25,389 nucleotides of DNA from Candidatus Omnitrophota bacterium. GTDB lineage: Bacteria > Omnitrophota > Gorgyraeia > Duberdicusellales > 4484-171. The DNA is taken from positions 1 to 25,389 of the forward strand of contig JAQVOZ010000001.1 in NCBI GenBank assembly GCA_028702365.1, read 5' to 3'. This document shows positions 1 to 8,672 of the stretch, one piece after another. A program made the translations under genes and the position numbers. Numbering within the stretch: position 1 is the stretch's first letter; the number at the start of each line of letters is the position of its first letter. The notes beneath the pieces were generated by a model that saw only the letters and a list, made by a program, of their open reading frames with translations, was not told the DNA's origin and did not search any database.

Positions 1-233
1 ATCTGGTCTTTGCATATATTTTTTACAAATTCTTCTTCACTATCTGCTTCCTGGCGAAGTGCATGGTTAAAATGCGCGCACACAAGGTGCAATTTATAGT
101 CTTTCATGATGTTATGGAACTGGCGAAGCATAAAAATAGAATCCGGTCCGCCGGAAATCCCAAGTAATATCCGGTCTTTTCTCTCTACTAAGTTATAACG
201 TTTAATTGTATTTTTAAAAATTTCTTCTATCAT
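1..233 (-). CDS. tilS: tRNA(Ile)-lysidine synthase, N-terminal part (runs off the window edge)
   Basis: Manual translation from ATG at 233: MIEEIFKNTIKRYNLVERKDRILLGISGGPDSIFMLRQFHNIMKDYKLHLVCAHFNHALRQEADSEEEFVKNICKDQ. PP-loop SGGPDS and AHFNHxLR are TilS hallmarks. Confidence 0.92.
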   Translation of the reverse strand, partial: MIEEIFKNTIKRYNLVERKDRILLGISGGPDSIFMLRQFHNIMKDYKLHLVCAHFNHALRQEADSEEEFVKNICKDQ

Positions 234-261
234 TTTACTTCATAGATAACCACAGAGTGAA

Positions 262-399
262 CCTCCTCGGGCTAAAGCCCGTGGATTTCTGCGCGTCGAT
301 TAAAAATCACAGATGAACGCAGATAAAACCATCTGTTACCATCCGTCCAACAGGCTTTCAGCCCATGAGGGACAGCTTACAAATCTGCGCTAATCTGTG
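262..399. repeat. Composite intergenic palindromic (REP/MITE-like) element with two interleaved inverted-repeat pairs
   Basis: GGGC-TAAA-GCCC hairpin at 269-280 with a related inverted copy at ~353-370; CACAGATGAACGCAGAT (308-324) pairs with ATCTGCGCTAATCTGTG (383-399), 15/17 match. Confidence 0.6.
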
Positions 400-406
400 T
401 ATAAAT

Positions 407-428
407 ATTATACCACATCTGCTATAAT
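407..428. promoter_or_regulatory. Back-to-back extended -10 sigma70 promoters for the B12 radical SAM gene (+) and tilS (-)
   Basis: Plus strand TGcTATAAT at 420-428, 7 nt before ATG 436; minus strand TGgTATAAT at 415-407. Confidence 0.6.
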
Positions 429-435
429 TATATTT

Positions 436-1722
436 ATGAATATCCTTGCAATTAACCCCTGGATATACGATTTCGCAGCCTATGACTTCTGGCTAAAACC
501 CTATGGTTTTTTGGTTATACTTAATTATCTTCAAAAAAACGGCATAAATGTAGACTATATAGACTGCCTTGACGGTAAAATAACCGAAGCTACATTCGGC
601 AGAGGTAAATACCCTAATGAGATAGTTGAAAAACCTGAAGTATTTAAATCCATCCCGCGCTATTTTAAAAGATACGGGATACCCTTAAAAGAGTTTGAAG
701 CAAAAATACCGGAGAAAAAATTTGACTACATCCTTATAACCAGTTCTATGACATACTGGTATCCCGGGATAATTGAAGCAGTGAAGATACTTCGAAGGAA
801 ATTTCCTGCTACAAAAATAATCTTGGGAGGCACCTACGCAACTTTATGTAATACTCATGCAAAAACTACAAGCGGCTGCGATTTGGTGTTTAGCAATGAG
901 CAGCTGGAAAATTTTTTTAAGACAATAGGCGTAGATTTTAATTACAACAAGCTTTACGAAAGCCTTCCTGCGTATGAAGATTTTTACACAAAGCTTGATT
1001 ATATAGTATTGCGGACCTCCTGGGGGTGCCCTTTTAACTGTAATTATTGTGCGATAAAGAAACTTTTCCCCGGATTTTTCAGGCTGCCTGAAGAAAAAGT
1101 TATAAATTTTATCAAAAAATATTCAGCAAAAGGAATAAAAAATTTTGTACTCTACGACGATGCTTTCTTTTATGAGCCGGCTTATGCAAAAAGCATACTC
1201 AAAAAAATAGATGAGCTGAAATTAAATATTAATTTTCATACGCCAAATGCTTTGCACCTAAGGTTTCTCGATTGTGACCTCGCTTTGCTTTTAAAGAAAA
1301 CTGGCTTTACCAATCCGCACTTTGGCCTTGAAACACTTAATCCTTCCCTGCAGAAACTCTGGGGCGATAAAGTAAATAGGCAAGATCTCGTAGAAGGCAT
1401 TAATCTTCTTAAAGGTGCTGGTTTTAAAAACGGCGAATTTAGCGTTTATTTATTGTTGGGTTTTCCCCGTCAGGATTTGGATAGTTTAAAAAAAGATGTT
1501 GAGTTCCTAAATTCCCTGGGGGGGCGCGTTTCTCTGGCTGAATTTTCTCCGGTTCCGGGAACAACCTTATTTGAAGAATATCCAAAAGAATTTAACGAGC
1601 CTCTTTTACAAAATAATTCTATCTTCGGATTTTTTCAAAATGAAAAAATAAGAATTTTCTGGGAAATAAAGAATTTTGTAAGGGAATTGAATAAAAAATT
1701 GCAGGAAGAAAAATTATTTTAG
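436..1722 (+). CDS. B12-binding-domain radical SAM protein
   Basis: CPFNCNYC (CxxxCxxC) in RTSWGCP context, YDDAF, N-terminal cobalamin-binding-type region (TSSMTYWYPG, IILGGTYATL). ATG 436 (MNILAINPWIYDF) is preferred over the ORF-track start at 397. Confidence 0.85.
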   Translation: MNILAINPWIYDFAAYDFWLKPYGFLVILNYLQKNGINVDYIDCLDGKITEATFGRGKYPNEIVEKPEVFKSIPRYFKRYGIPLKEFEAKIPEKKFDYILITSSMTYWYPGIIEAVKILRRKFPATKIILGGTYATLCNTHAKTTSGCDLVFSNEQLENFFKTIGVDFNYNKLYESLPAYEDFYTKLDYIVLRTSWGCPFNCNYCAIKKLFPGFFRLPEEKVINFIKKYSAKGIKNFVLYDDAFFYEPAYAKSILKKIDELKLNINFHTPNALHLRFLDCDLALLLKKTGFTNPHFGLETLNPSLQKLWGDKVNRQDLVEGINLLKGAGFKNGEFSVYLLLGFPRQDLDSLKKDVEFLNSLGGRVSLAEFSPVPGTTLFEEYPKEFNEPLLQNNSIFGFFQNEKIRIFWEIKNFVRELNKKLQEEKLF

Positions 1723-2067
1723 ATAGGCCCATTCTCTAAACTTTTCTTTTTCAAAAAAAAGCTTTATATTCCTCTTTTCATATATCCAGATTTCATAGCC
1801 TTCATTGTTGCTTTGAACTTTATCCGGCAATCCGATTTTATCGCAGACTGCCTGCTTCAGTGAGCCAGGGGCGATAACGGTTGTATCGCTAAGTGCGTAG
1901 AATTTTTTCTTCTCTCCGCCTTCGCCGAATTTTTGTTTCATCCCTAATGTAAGGTAGCCATGCGTTACACCTACGTAATCTCCGGCATCGTTGCAGGCGC
2001 AAAGACAAAAAAACAGCAGAAATACCGTTAAAAAAAATTTACATTTAACAATTGGGCTGGGTTGCAT
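1714..2067 (-). CDS. Small lipoprotein, possibly SmpA/BamE-like C-terminal domain
   Basis: Hydrophobic leader ending in lipobox LCAC; C-terminal IGLP...EIWIY pattern; last gene of a coupled operon; 3' end overlaps the convergent gene by 9 nt. Confidence 0.6.
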   Translation of the reverse strand: MQPSPIVKCKFFLTVFLLFFCLCACNDAGDYVGVTHGYLTLGMKQKFGEGGEKKKFYALSDTTVIAPGSLKQAVCDKIGLPDKVQSNNEGYEIWIYEKRNIKLFFEKEKFREWAYLK

Positions 2068-2069
2068 AA

Positions 2070-2774
2070 TTATAGTTCAAGCACCATGCCTGACTTCAGT
2101 TCGATTAAATTTTCTCCATAGAGCGCTTTGAACAATTTTACAGCTTCGTAACCGCTGCAATGTCCGGCAGCCACATTTAAAACACCCATATTCTTTACTT
2201 CCTTAACTACATATTCTGTTAAACGGTTATCAGTATCTATAAGATGCAATCCGCCGATTAGAAAATTTATCTTTTCGTTGGCAAAAAGAAATTTTGCCCT
2301 GTTTATCAGCTCAATTAAGCTCATATGGCTGCAAGCGGAGATTATCGATATTCCTTTCTTTGTCTTTACTATAAGTGCCTGTTCAAGCACAGGGTCGGCT
2401 TTATATAAAGTTTTAAACGGGCCAGTCGAATAAATATCTTTGCTTATCTGATTGAAATTTGTTATTTCGATAAAATTGGCGGGGTTCAACTTATCCTTAA
2501 ATTCCTGGAAGAAATCCGAGCAGCCGTATATTTTCAAATCTTTTTTAAGTTTAAGCAGTTCCCATAAGCCTGAACGATGGTTCCAGTGATTGTGCGAAAT
2601 GACGACATTTTTTATCGTATTAAGAGAAATGCAAAATATCTCCAGATTCTTCGACAAATAATCAAATTTTTCTCCTGTATCTAAAAGCGTATCTTCCAGC
2701 AAATAGGCTATGCCCCAGCCGCTTTCAAATCTGTTATCTATTCTTTCTTTATCAAAAATTATTTGTAGTTTCAT
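2070..2774 (-). CDS. Metallo-beta-lactamase-fold hydrolase (COG1237-like)
   Basis: GWGIAYL, LLDTG, ISHNHWNH, EQAL, SACSH, IGGLHL, AGHCSG motifs. Confidence 0.85.
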   Translation of the reverse strand: MKLQIIFDKERIDNRFESGWGIAYLLEDTLLDTGEKFDYLSKNLEIFCISLNTIKNVVISHNHWNHRSGLWELLKLKKDLKIYGCSDFFQEFKDKLNPANFIEITNFNQISKDIYSTGPFKTLYKADPVLEQALIVKTKKGISIISACSHMSLIELINRAKFLFANEKINFLIGGLHLIDTDNRLTEYVVKEVKNMGVLNVAAGHCSGYEAVKLFKALYGENLIELKSGMVLEL

Positions 2775-3424
2775 TAGTCCCTCTTACCAAATATGGCGCT
2801 GCCTATTCTTACCATATTCGCGCCCTCTTCAATTGCCACCTTATAGCTGTCGCTCATACCCATTGAAAGAAATTTCCAATCGTCAAGTGCGAAAATTTTT
2901 TTCGCTTTTTCAAAAATTTGCCGAGTTTTTTCAAAATAAGGCCGCAGGTCTTCGGGATTTTTCAGCAAGGGCCCCATAGTCATTACACCCATAGGCTTTA
3001 TAGTTTTTAATTTTAACGCCTCCTGCATAAAAGCGTTGAAATCTTCCGGTAAAATTCCGGCTTTTTGCCATTCGGCGGCGCAGTTAATCTCAATAAGTAC
3101 CGGCATAATTTTCTGCACTTTTCGGCACTCTTTATTTATTGCAGCCGCCAAGTCCAGAGAATCAAGACTTTCCATCATATCGAAAATCCTTACTGCGTCT
3201 TTAATTTTATTTTTTTGCAGGTGGCCGATTAAATGCCACTGCACCTTTTTGCCGAGGCAAGCATATTTCTCATCTGCTTCTTTGACGTAATTTTCGCCAA
3301 TTATCGTAGCACCGGCAGAAATTGCCTCTTCGATTTGGGCAACAGTCCTTGTTTTGGTGACAACTACCAACTCTACATTCGCCGGGATTTCACTCCTGAT
3401 TTTTATAAAATTTTCTTTAATCAT
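2774..3424 (-). CDS. yggS: Pyridoxal-phosphate homeostasis protein, YggS/PLPBP family
   Basis: VVVTKT (PLP lysine), IGENYVKE, WHLIGHLQKNK, MGVMTM, LSMGMS, VRIGSAIFG. Confidence 0.96.
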   Translation of the reverse strand: MIKENFIKIRSEIPANVELVVVTKTRTVAQIEEAISAGATIIGENYVKEADEKYACLGKKVQWHLIGHLQKNKIKDAVRIFDMMESLDSLDLAAAINKECRKVQKIMPVLIEINCAAEWQKAGILPEDFNAFMQEALKLKTIKPMGVMTMGPLLKNPEDLRPYFEKTRQIFEKAKKIFALDDWKFLSMGMSDSYKVAIEEGANMVRIGSAIFGKRD

Positions 3425-4353
3425 GCGGCCTTATCGCAAATGAAATACACTTTGCGGTTATATATTTTTCTGGCTATAAGCCCTAAATCAAGCATTCTTT
3501 TAATCTGCCTTGCTAAAATGCCTTTTTCCAAGCCTACTGATTTTTCCAAGTCTCTCATTGTGGCCGGCCTTATATTTAAATATTTTCTAATATCTTCCTG
3601 AACGCTTTTTGAGAATTTCTTTTGCGCGTCCTTGTAAAATGAAGATACGATTTCGCATTTTTTTCCGATTATTTTTTTTATTTTCTTAACCCTCTCGTAG
3701 TCAGGAAGAGTTATGCTGATGCCTGCCGGCCTTATTGGTAAATTTAACTGAACCTTATCCGGTTTAATCCTATTTACAAGCTTTTTAAACTTCCTGGCCT
3801 CCTCCAATGAATCGTTGATGCCGCCTAAAAGCATTATCTCAAGCCAGATTTTTCCTTTGAATTCTTTTCTCAAATTAATCAAACCATCAATTGTTCTTTC
3901 AAAAGTTATTTGCTTATGAGGTTTATCTATACGGGAGAAACTCTTTTTTGTTGCAGCGTCAAGGGAAGGTATTATCAAATCTGCCCCAGCAAGTTCCTGT
4001 CTTACCTCTTTTTTGTATAATAATGAGGAATTCGTTATGACGGAAACCGGATATTTATTATTGGCCACATCCTTTATGGCATCAATTATCTTATCAAGTC
4101 TTTTATGCAAAGTTGGCTCCCCCGAGCCCGATATCGATATGTAGTCAATTTTCGGGTTATTATTAATTATCTTTGCAAGTTCTTTCTTAAATTCGATTAT
4201 CTCAACATAAAAAAATCTTTTTATTGTCTTTTTTGTAGTCCTGCCAAGCTGGCAATATATACAATCAAGCGTGCAGAATTTTTTAGGCGTAAGGTTAACG
4301 CCCAAAGAAAAGCCCAGCCTTCTTGAGGGAACCGGCCCATAAAAATAACTCAT
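3421..4353 (-). CDS. Radical SAM Fe-S oxidoreductase (COG0731-like) with a probable C-terminal winged-helix region
   Basis: YGPVPSRRLGFSLGVN, CTLDCIYC, SGSGEPTLH, VITNSSLL, PSLDA; ATGA overlap with yggS. Confidence 0.88.
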   Translation of the reverse strand: MSYFYGPVPSRRLGFSLGVNLTPKKFCTLDCIYCQLGRTTKKTIKRFFYVEIIEFKKELAKIINNNPKIDYISISGSGEPTLHKRLDKIIDAIKDVANNKYPVSVITNSSLLYKKEVRQELAGADLIIPSLDAATKKSFSRIDKPHKQITFERTIDGLINLRKEFKGKIWLEIMLLGGINDSLEEARKFKKLVNRIKPDKVQLNLPIRPAGISITLPDYERVKKIKKIIGKKCEIVSSFYKDAQKKFSKSVQEDIRKYLNIRPATMRDLEKSVGLEKGILARQIKRMLDLGLIARKIYNRKVYFICDKAA

Positions 4354-4361
4354 ATTTTGAT

Positions 4362-4389
4362 ATTATAGACGAAATGTTTAAGTATACAA
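4362..4389 (-). promoter_or_regulatory. sigma70-type promoter, near-leaderless, for the radical SAM-yggS operon
   Basis: TTGTAT (4389-4384), 16-bp spacer, TATAAT (4367-4362), 8 nt before ATG 4353; no Shine-Dalgarno. Confidence 0.6.
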
Positions 4390-4401
4390 GACCCGTAAAG
4401 G

Positions 4402-4427
4402 AGGCTGCAAGAGACGCGGTGCAGCCT
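4402..4427 (-). terminator. Hairpin just downstream of the manC stop; possible terminator
   Basis: AGGCTGCA (4402-4409) / TGCAGCCT (4420-4427), 8-bp stem; only a weak U-tract. Confidence 0.4.
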
Positions 4428-4433
4428 AAGAGG

Positions 4434-5480
4434 TTATTCAAACTTTACCTTGAATTCTTTTAAGGCGCTTTTAAGATTATCTAAATTACGCCGGTTGGTA
4501 AGCAGGGTAAATTTTTCAGTATCGATAAAAAACACATCTTCAAGGCCAACGACAAGGACATTTTTCTTTAAATTATTTAGATACATAAGGTTGTTGTTGC
4601 CGTTATAAATAAAAACCTTGCCTTTGGTAACATTGCCGGATTTATCTTTCGGCAATGATTCGTATATGGCATGCCAGGTGCCGAAATCTTTCCAGAAGAA
4701 ACTCGCTTTTATGAGCCTTGCATTCCTTGTTTTCTCCATAATTGTTTTATCGAAAGGCAAATCCTCTATTTTCTTATATAAACTGCGAAGATTTTTCTCA
4801 TAATTGCCTTTAGCAAAAATATTCATAAAATCGTTATAGGAAGAATAATATTTTCTGCATTCTTTATCAAGAGTGGAAATAGAAGAGATAAACATACCGC
4901 TATTGTAAAAAGAATTACCGCGGCGTATAAGCTCTTCCGCTTCAAGGCGGGTCGGTTTTTCTACGAATTTTTTTATCGAAAAAATATCTTTTTCTATTTT
5001 TTCTTCTACCTGAATGTATCCGAAATTGGGCGTTGGGGCATCGGGTTGCATTCCGAAAATAGAAATCCATCCTGCCCCAGCAACGTTGATAGCCTTGCTA
5101 AGCGCGCCATAAAATTCTTTATTTTCTTTGATGAGATGGTCAACCGGGGAAATAATAACGATTTTATCCGAAGAAAATCTTTGCCTGAAATGAACCAGGG
5201 AGAGCATTATAGCAGCAGCTGTGTTTTTGCTTTCCGGTTCAAAAATTATATTTTCCTTTTTTATCAATTTGAATTTAAGCAGGACGGATTTTTCGTTTTC
5301 GTTTGCAATAAGAAAAATATTACTTGAAGAAGTTATTTTAAGGAAGCGTTTTATGGTAAGCTCTAAAGGAGAAAAACCGAAAACATCTATAAAATTTTTA
5401 CTCTTACATTCACAAAGCGGCCAAAGTCGTAACGACCTGCCACCGCAAAGTATCAAAACTATAGGTTTATCTTGTTGCAT
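4434..5480 (-). CDS. manC: Mannose-1-phosphate guanylyltransferase (monofunctional, no PMI cupin domain)
   Basis: LCGGRSLRLWPL, EPESKNTA, PVDH, FGYIQ, FVEKP, YNSGMF, IMEK, WKDFGTW. Confidence 0.88.
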   Translation of the reverse strand: MQQDKPIVLILCGGRSLRLWPLCECKSKNFIDVFGFSPLELTIKRFLKITSSSNIFLIANENEKSVLLKFKLIKKENIIFEPESKNTAAAIMLSLVHFRQRFSSDKIVIISPVDHLIKENKEFYGALSKAINVAGAGWISIFGMQPDAPTPNFGYIQVEEKIEKDIFSIKKFVEKPTRLEAEELIRRGNSFYNSGMFISSISTLDKECRKYYSSYNDFMNIFAKGNYEKNLRSLYKKIEDLPFDKTIMEKTRNARLIKASFFWKDFGTWHAIYESLPKDKSGNVTKGKVFIYNGNNNLMYLNNLKKNVLVVGLEDVFFIDTEKFTLLTNRRNLDNLKSALKEFKVKFE

Positions 5481-5489
5481 CGGGCTTAC

Positions 5490-7004
5490 CTATCGGCTAC
5501 TTAGTTCAAGGGTTCTTCTTGAAAAGTATCCTCCGGTATACCCATCTATAATAGCAGTTAATTCCTGTAATCTCAAGTCTTTTTGAGAAAGCTCTTCCTC
5601 GGCAAAAGAGCCGCAGGCGAGAGCTTTTTTAAGCCTCAGCCTTTCAAAATACACCCTGTTTATTTCATCAAGTATATCCAAACGCAGCTGCGTATTAAGC
5701 CTACTTCTTGTATCTATATCATCCTCATAGCTGTTCCAAATGAGATTTCCCACGTCCCAGGAAAAAGATATTCCCCAGTCTCTCGGCCCTATATAATACT
5801 TATCGGCGCCGCTGTCATAATCGATTGTTTTATCGTAATCAAGGCTTATTGTGGGAAATAATGCCCTAAACCTCACGGCATTACGCCATTTCCTTATCTT
5901 ATCGGGATGCGTTTCATTATAGCGTAAAGCAGCTTGCTGGATTTCGTATATGGAAGGCTCTTTGGAAATTGCTTCCCGCAAGGCTTTTCTATTGGAAGAA
6001 GGATTAAAATAAGCATTTTTAAATAAACCTTTGGGTGTTGCCAAATAAATTTCTCCATCAGTAGAAAATACAACCCAGAAGATTTCGTTAGAGTAAAGGC
6101 CCTCTGAAATTTTTCTGGCGCAAGCATTCTTTAAATCTATTCTGAAAAAACCTTTTGACGAACCAAGATACAATGAATCTTTTTCTAAAACTGTTTGAAC
6201 AATGGAATAAATAATAATGTTATTTATTCCATCCGCATAAAACTTGCTCCAGGCCCTTCCTTCATCCTTTGATAAGAATAACCCTTTATTAGTGCCAAGC
6301 CAGATTTTTTTGTTGTCGAAAATATCTATTTTGATTATGTTTGGAACTATCCCGCTTTCTTCTTCCCCTGTTGATTCTTTTTCGCGGATTACGAACAGCC
6401 GCTCAAGATTATTCTTATCTTTCAATAAATACACTCCTTTATTGGCAGCAATATACAGGCCATTTTCTGACGGTTCAAGATAATAAATTGAAACACCGTC
6501 GGATAAACCTCCAATTTTTTGCCATTTTAGAATATCTTCTGATATGAAATATAGCCCTGTGCTTGTCCCCATATATATTTCACCTTTATATTTTGCTATG
6601 CTTAAAACCAGCTCTTCCTCGGGCGCTGAAAATATCATTTCCTGCCTTTCGGCAATTCTATAAACATGCCGGCTTGCAGCAACATAACATACATCCGGAA
6701 TATGAGAATCAAAAACAATATCGGTTAATTCCTCATTCTTAAATACATATATTTTTTCGAAGTTTTTACCGCGGTCGTGGCTTTTAAAAAGCGAATTGGC
6801 GGAGCCGACGTAGATAAGGTTTTCATCAAGCGGTGAAATGGCAATCCTTTTTATTTGCGCATCTTCTATATTCTCGACGCTTATAAAAATTGCAAAGGCA
6901 CTTGAAGGAAGTATTATCAAAAAACAAAGCAGTAAATTATAAATTATCACGGCAACGGACGGAAAATTCTTAAACCAGCCTTGAGCGGTTTTGGATTCAG
7001 GCAT
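5490..7004 (-). CDS. Exported beta-propeller protein with C-terminal helical/beta-hairpin domain reminiscent of one TolC/OEP repeat
   Basis: Signal peptide ending SSAFA; repeated Y/WxGTxxGL F/Y blades (IYVGSANSLF, IYMGTSTGLY, IWLGTNKGLF, LYLGSSKGFF, IYLATPKGLF); C-terminal FPTISLDY...WGISFSWDV plus long helices. Confidence 0.7.
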   Translation of the reverse strand: MPESKTAQGWFKNFPSVAVIIYNLLLCFLIILPSSAFAIFISVENIEDAQIKRIAISPLDENLIYVGSANSLFKSHDRGKNFEKIYVFKNEELTDIVFDSHIPDVCYVAASRHVYRIAERQEMIFSAPEEELVLSIAKYKGEIYMGTSTGLYFISEDILKWQKIGGLSDGVSIYYLEPSENGLYIAANKGVYLLKDKNNLERLFVIREKESTGEEESGIVPNIIKIDIFDNKKIWLGTNKGLFLSKDEGRAWSKFYADGINNIIIYSIVQTVLEKDSLYLGSSKGFFRIDLKNACARKISEGLYSNEIFWVVFSTDGEIYLATPKGLFKNAYFNPSSNRKALREAISKEPSIYEIQQAALRYNETHPDKIRKWRNAVRFRALFPTISLDYDKTIDYDSGADKYYIGPRDWGISFSWDVGNLIWNSYEDDIDTRSRLNTQLRLDILDEINRVYFERLRLKKALACGSFAEEELSQKDLRLQELTAIIDGYTGGYFSRRTLELSSR

Positions 7005-7192
7005 ATATTATACACTAATTACCGCGATTTTATGGCTGATCTAGCCGAATAAAATAAAAACGGAACGCGGTAATTGGTATTTAATGCCAGCGTATCACAG
7101 ATTTGATGATTTGTCAAATTTATTTTTATTTTATTTCAAATTAAAATCTCGTAAATCCTGGTAATAAGCTTCTCGTAAGCGTGTTAGATAAA

Positions 7193-8356
7193 CTATTCGC
7201 AGGATGCAAATATCAGCGAACAATTCATCCCGCCAAAACCAAAACTATTATTCATAACAATTTTGGTTTTTTGTTTGCGCGCCCTGTTAGGAACACAATC
7301 TATGCCGCACTCTGGATCTGGCGTTTCATAGTTTATGGTAGGAGGTATTACGCTGGTAGTTAAAGTAAGGCAACAGGCGATAGACTCAAATGAAGAAGCA
7401 GCGCCCATTGCATGGCCAAGCATTGATTTAATCGAGCTGACTGCTACCTTTTTGTAGTGTTTTGGCCCGAATAATTTTTTGATAGCCCAGCATTCAGCTC
7501 TATCGTTGGGAACAGTCCCTGTTCCATGTGCATTTATGTAATCTATGCTTTTTGCCTCTATTCCAGAGTATTGCGCTGCCTGTTTCATACAATTGAAAAT
7601 GCCTTTTTCTGACGGAATAAGCGGGTGCGATGTGTCAGTGTTCATGCCGTATCCTAAAATTTCTGCATAGATACGGGCTCCCCGCCTTCTTGCACTTCTC
7701 AGGCTTTCAACCACTAAAGCGCCGGAGCCTTCCGCCGGGATGACGCCTTTTCTGTTTTTATCGAAAGGCTGGCATTTTAAAGGCGCGAGGGAAAAAAGCT
7801 TATAAAACCCTATAAATGTGCCTATGGCAAAATAATCGGTGCCGGCTGCGATAATGTAATCATCATAACCGTTCTTTATTCTTTCGTAAGCAAGGGATAT
7901 CGCATAATTTCCTGCAGCGCATGCGCCTGATATGGTAAATGCGCTTTTGCCTAAACCTAAAGCCTCAAATACGCTTGATGCGCATTTATATGCCGGATAA
8001 TTGCTTGCCTTCGCCTCTTTTTTCTCTACATACTCCACTCCGCTTACAATAGTGCCTAGAATTAATCCTGCTTCTTTGGAATTTTTAATACCTGCATCTT
8101 TTAGCGCCTGGGAAGAAGAGCAAATGGCAAATTGCTGGCTGCGTGTTAGTCTCCGGTTATTTGTTAATCCATTACAATCCGGCATCACAAAATTTTTTAC
8201 CTCTCCTCCATAACGCCGTTCCAGGTGCGAAGTGTCAAACGAACTTATTTCGCTAATTCCGGATTTTCCCTGAATTAAGTTAGACCAAAAATCAGAGACA
8301 GTAAAACCCAGAGAAGACACAACCCCAAGCCCTGTAACAACAACTCTCTCGGCCAT
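7193..8356 (-). CDS. Beta-ketoacyl-ACP synthase (FabF/KS-alpha type), catalytically intact
   Basis: RVVVTGLG, SGACAAG (Cys146), INAHGTGT, KSMLGH, NSFGFGG. Confidence 0.93.
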   Translation of the reverse strand: MAERVVVTGLGVVSSLGFTVSDFWSNLIQGKSGISEISSFDTSHLERRYGGEVKNFVMPDCNGLTNNRRLTRSQQFAICSSSQALKDAGIKNSKEAGLILGTIVSGVEYVEKKEAKASNYPAYKCASSVFEALGLGKSAFTISGACAAGNYAISLAYERIKNGYDDYIIAAGTDYFAIGTFIGFYKLFSLAPLKCQPFDKNRKGVIPAEGSGALVVESLRSARRRGARIYAEILGYGMNTDTSHPLIPSEKGIFNCMKQAAQYSGIEAKSIDYINAHGTGTVPNDRAECWAIKKLFGPKHYKKVAVSSIKSMLGHAMGAASSFESIACCLTLTTSVIPPTINYETPDPECGIDCVPNRARKQKTKIVMNNSFGFGGMNCSLIFASCE

Positions 8357-8373
8357 AAATTTATAAATATTTT

Positions 8374-8661
8374 CTATTTTTTGCGCAATTTGCCTGCAAG
8401 TTTAACCAGGCCGTCAACATTTTTTACGGACACCAGGCTGTCTTGCGGTATGCTTATATCAAATCTGTTTTCGATTTCAAAAATTATTTCAACTAAAGCG
8501 AATGAATCAATGCCTGTTTCGCTAAAATGCATATTGCTATTTTTATTGATATTATCTTCGGGTATCTTCGTAAGTTTGCTGATTATTTTTATTATTTCAA
8601 CTTTTTCGTTAGTTTCATTTTCAGCTGGTGCTTGCTTCTTTGCGGTTTTCTCTTTTGCCAT
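8374..8661 (-). CDS. Acyl carrier protein
   Basis: GIDSFALVEIIFEIENRFDISIP with phosphopantetheine Ser; SD AAGGAG upstream. Confidence 0.92.
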   Translation of the reverse strand: MAKEKTAKKQAPAENETNEKVEIIKIISKLTKIPEDNINKNSNMHFSETGIDSFALVEIIFEIENRFDISIPQDSLVSVKNVDGLVKLAGKLRKK

Positions 8662-8672
8662 AAAACTCCTTT

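Noticed and set aside
397-435. N-terminal extension of the B12 radical SAM from the GTG start at 397
   Set aside because: Overlaps the repeat and promoter; ATG 436 fits the family N-terminus and the -10 spacing.
7004-7192. Distal att copy bounding the cluster as a tRNA-Phe island
   Set aside because: No match to the tRNA 3' end found by eye, so island status of the cluster remains unproven.
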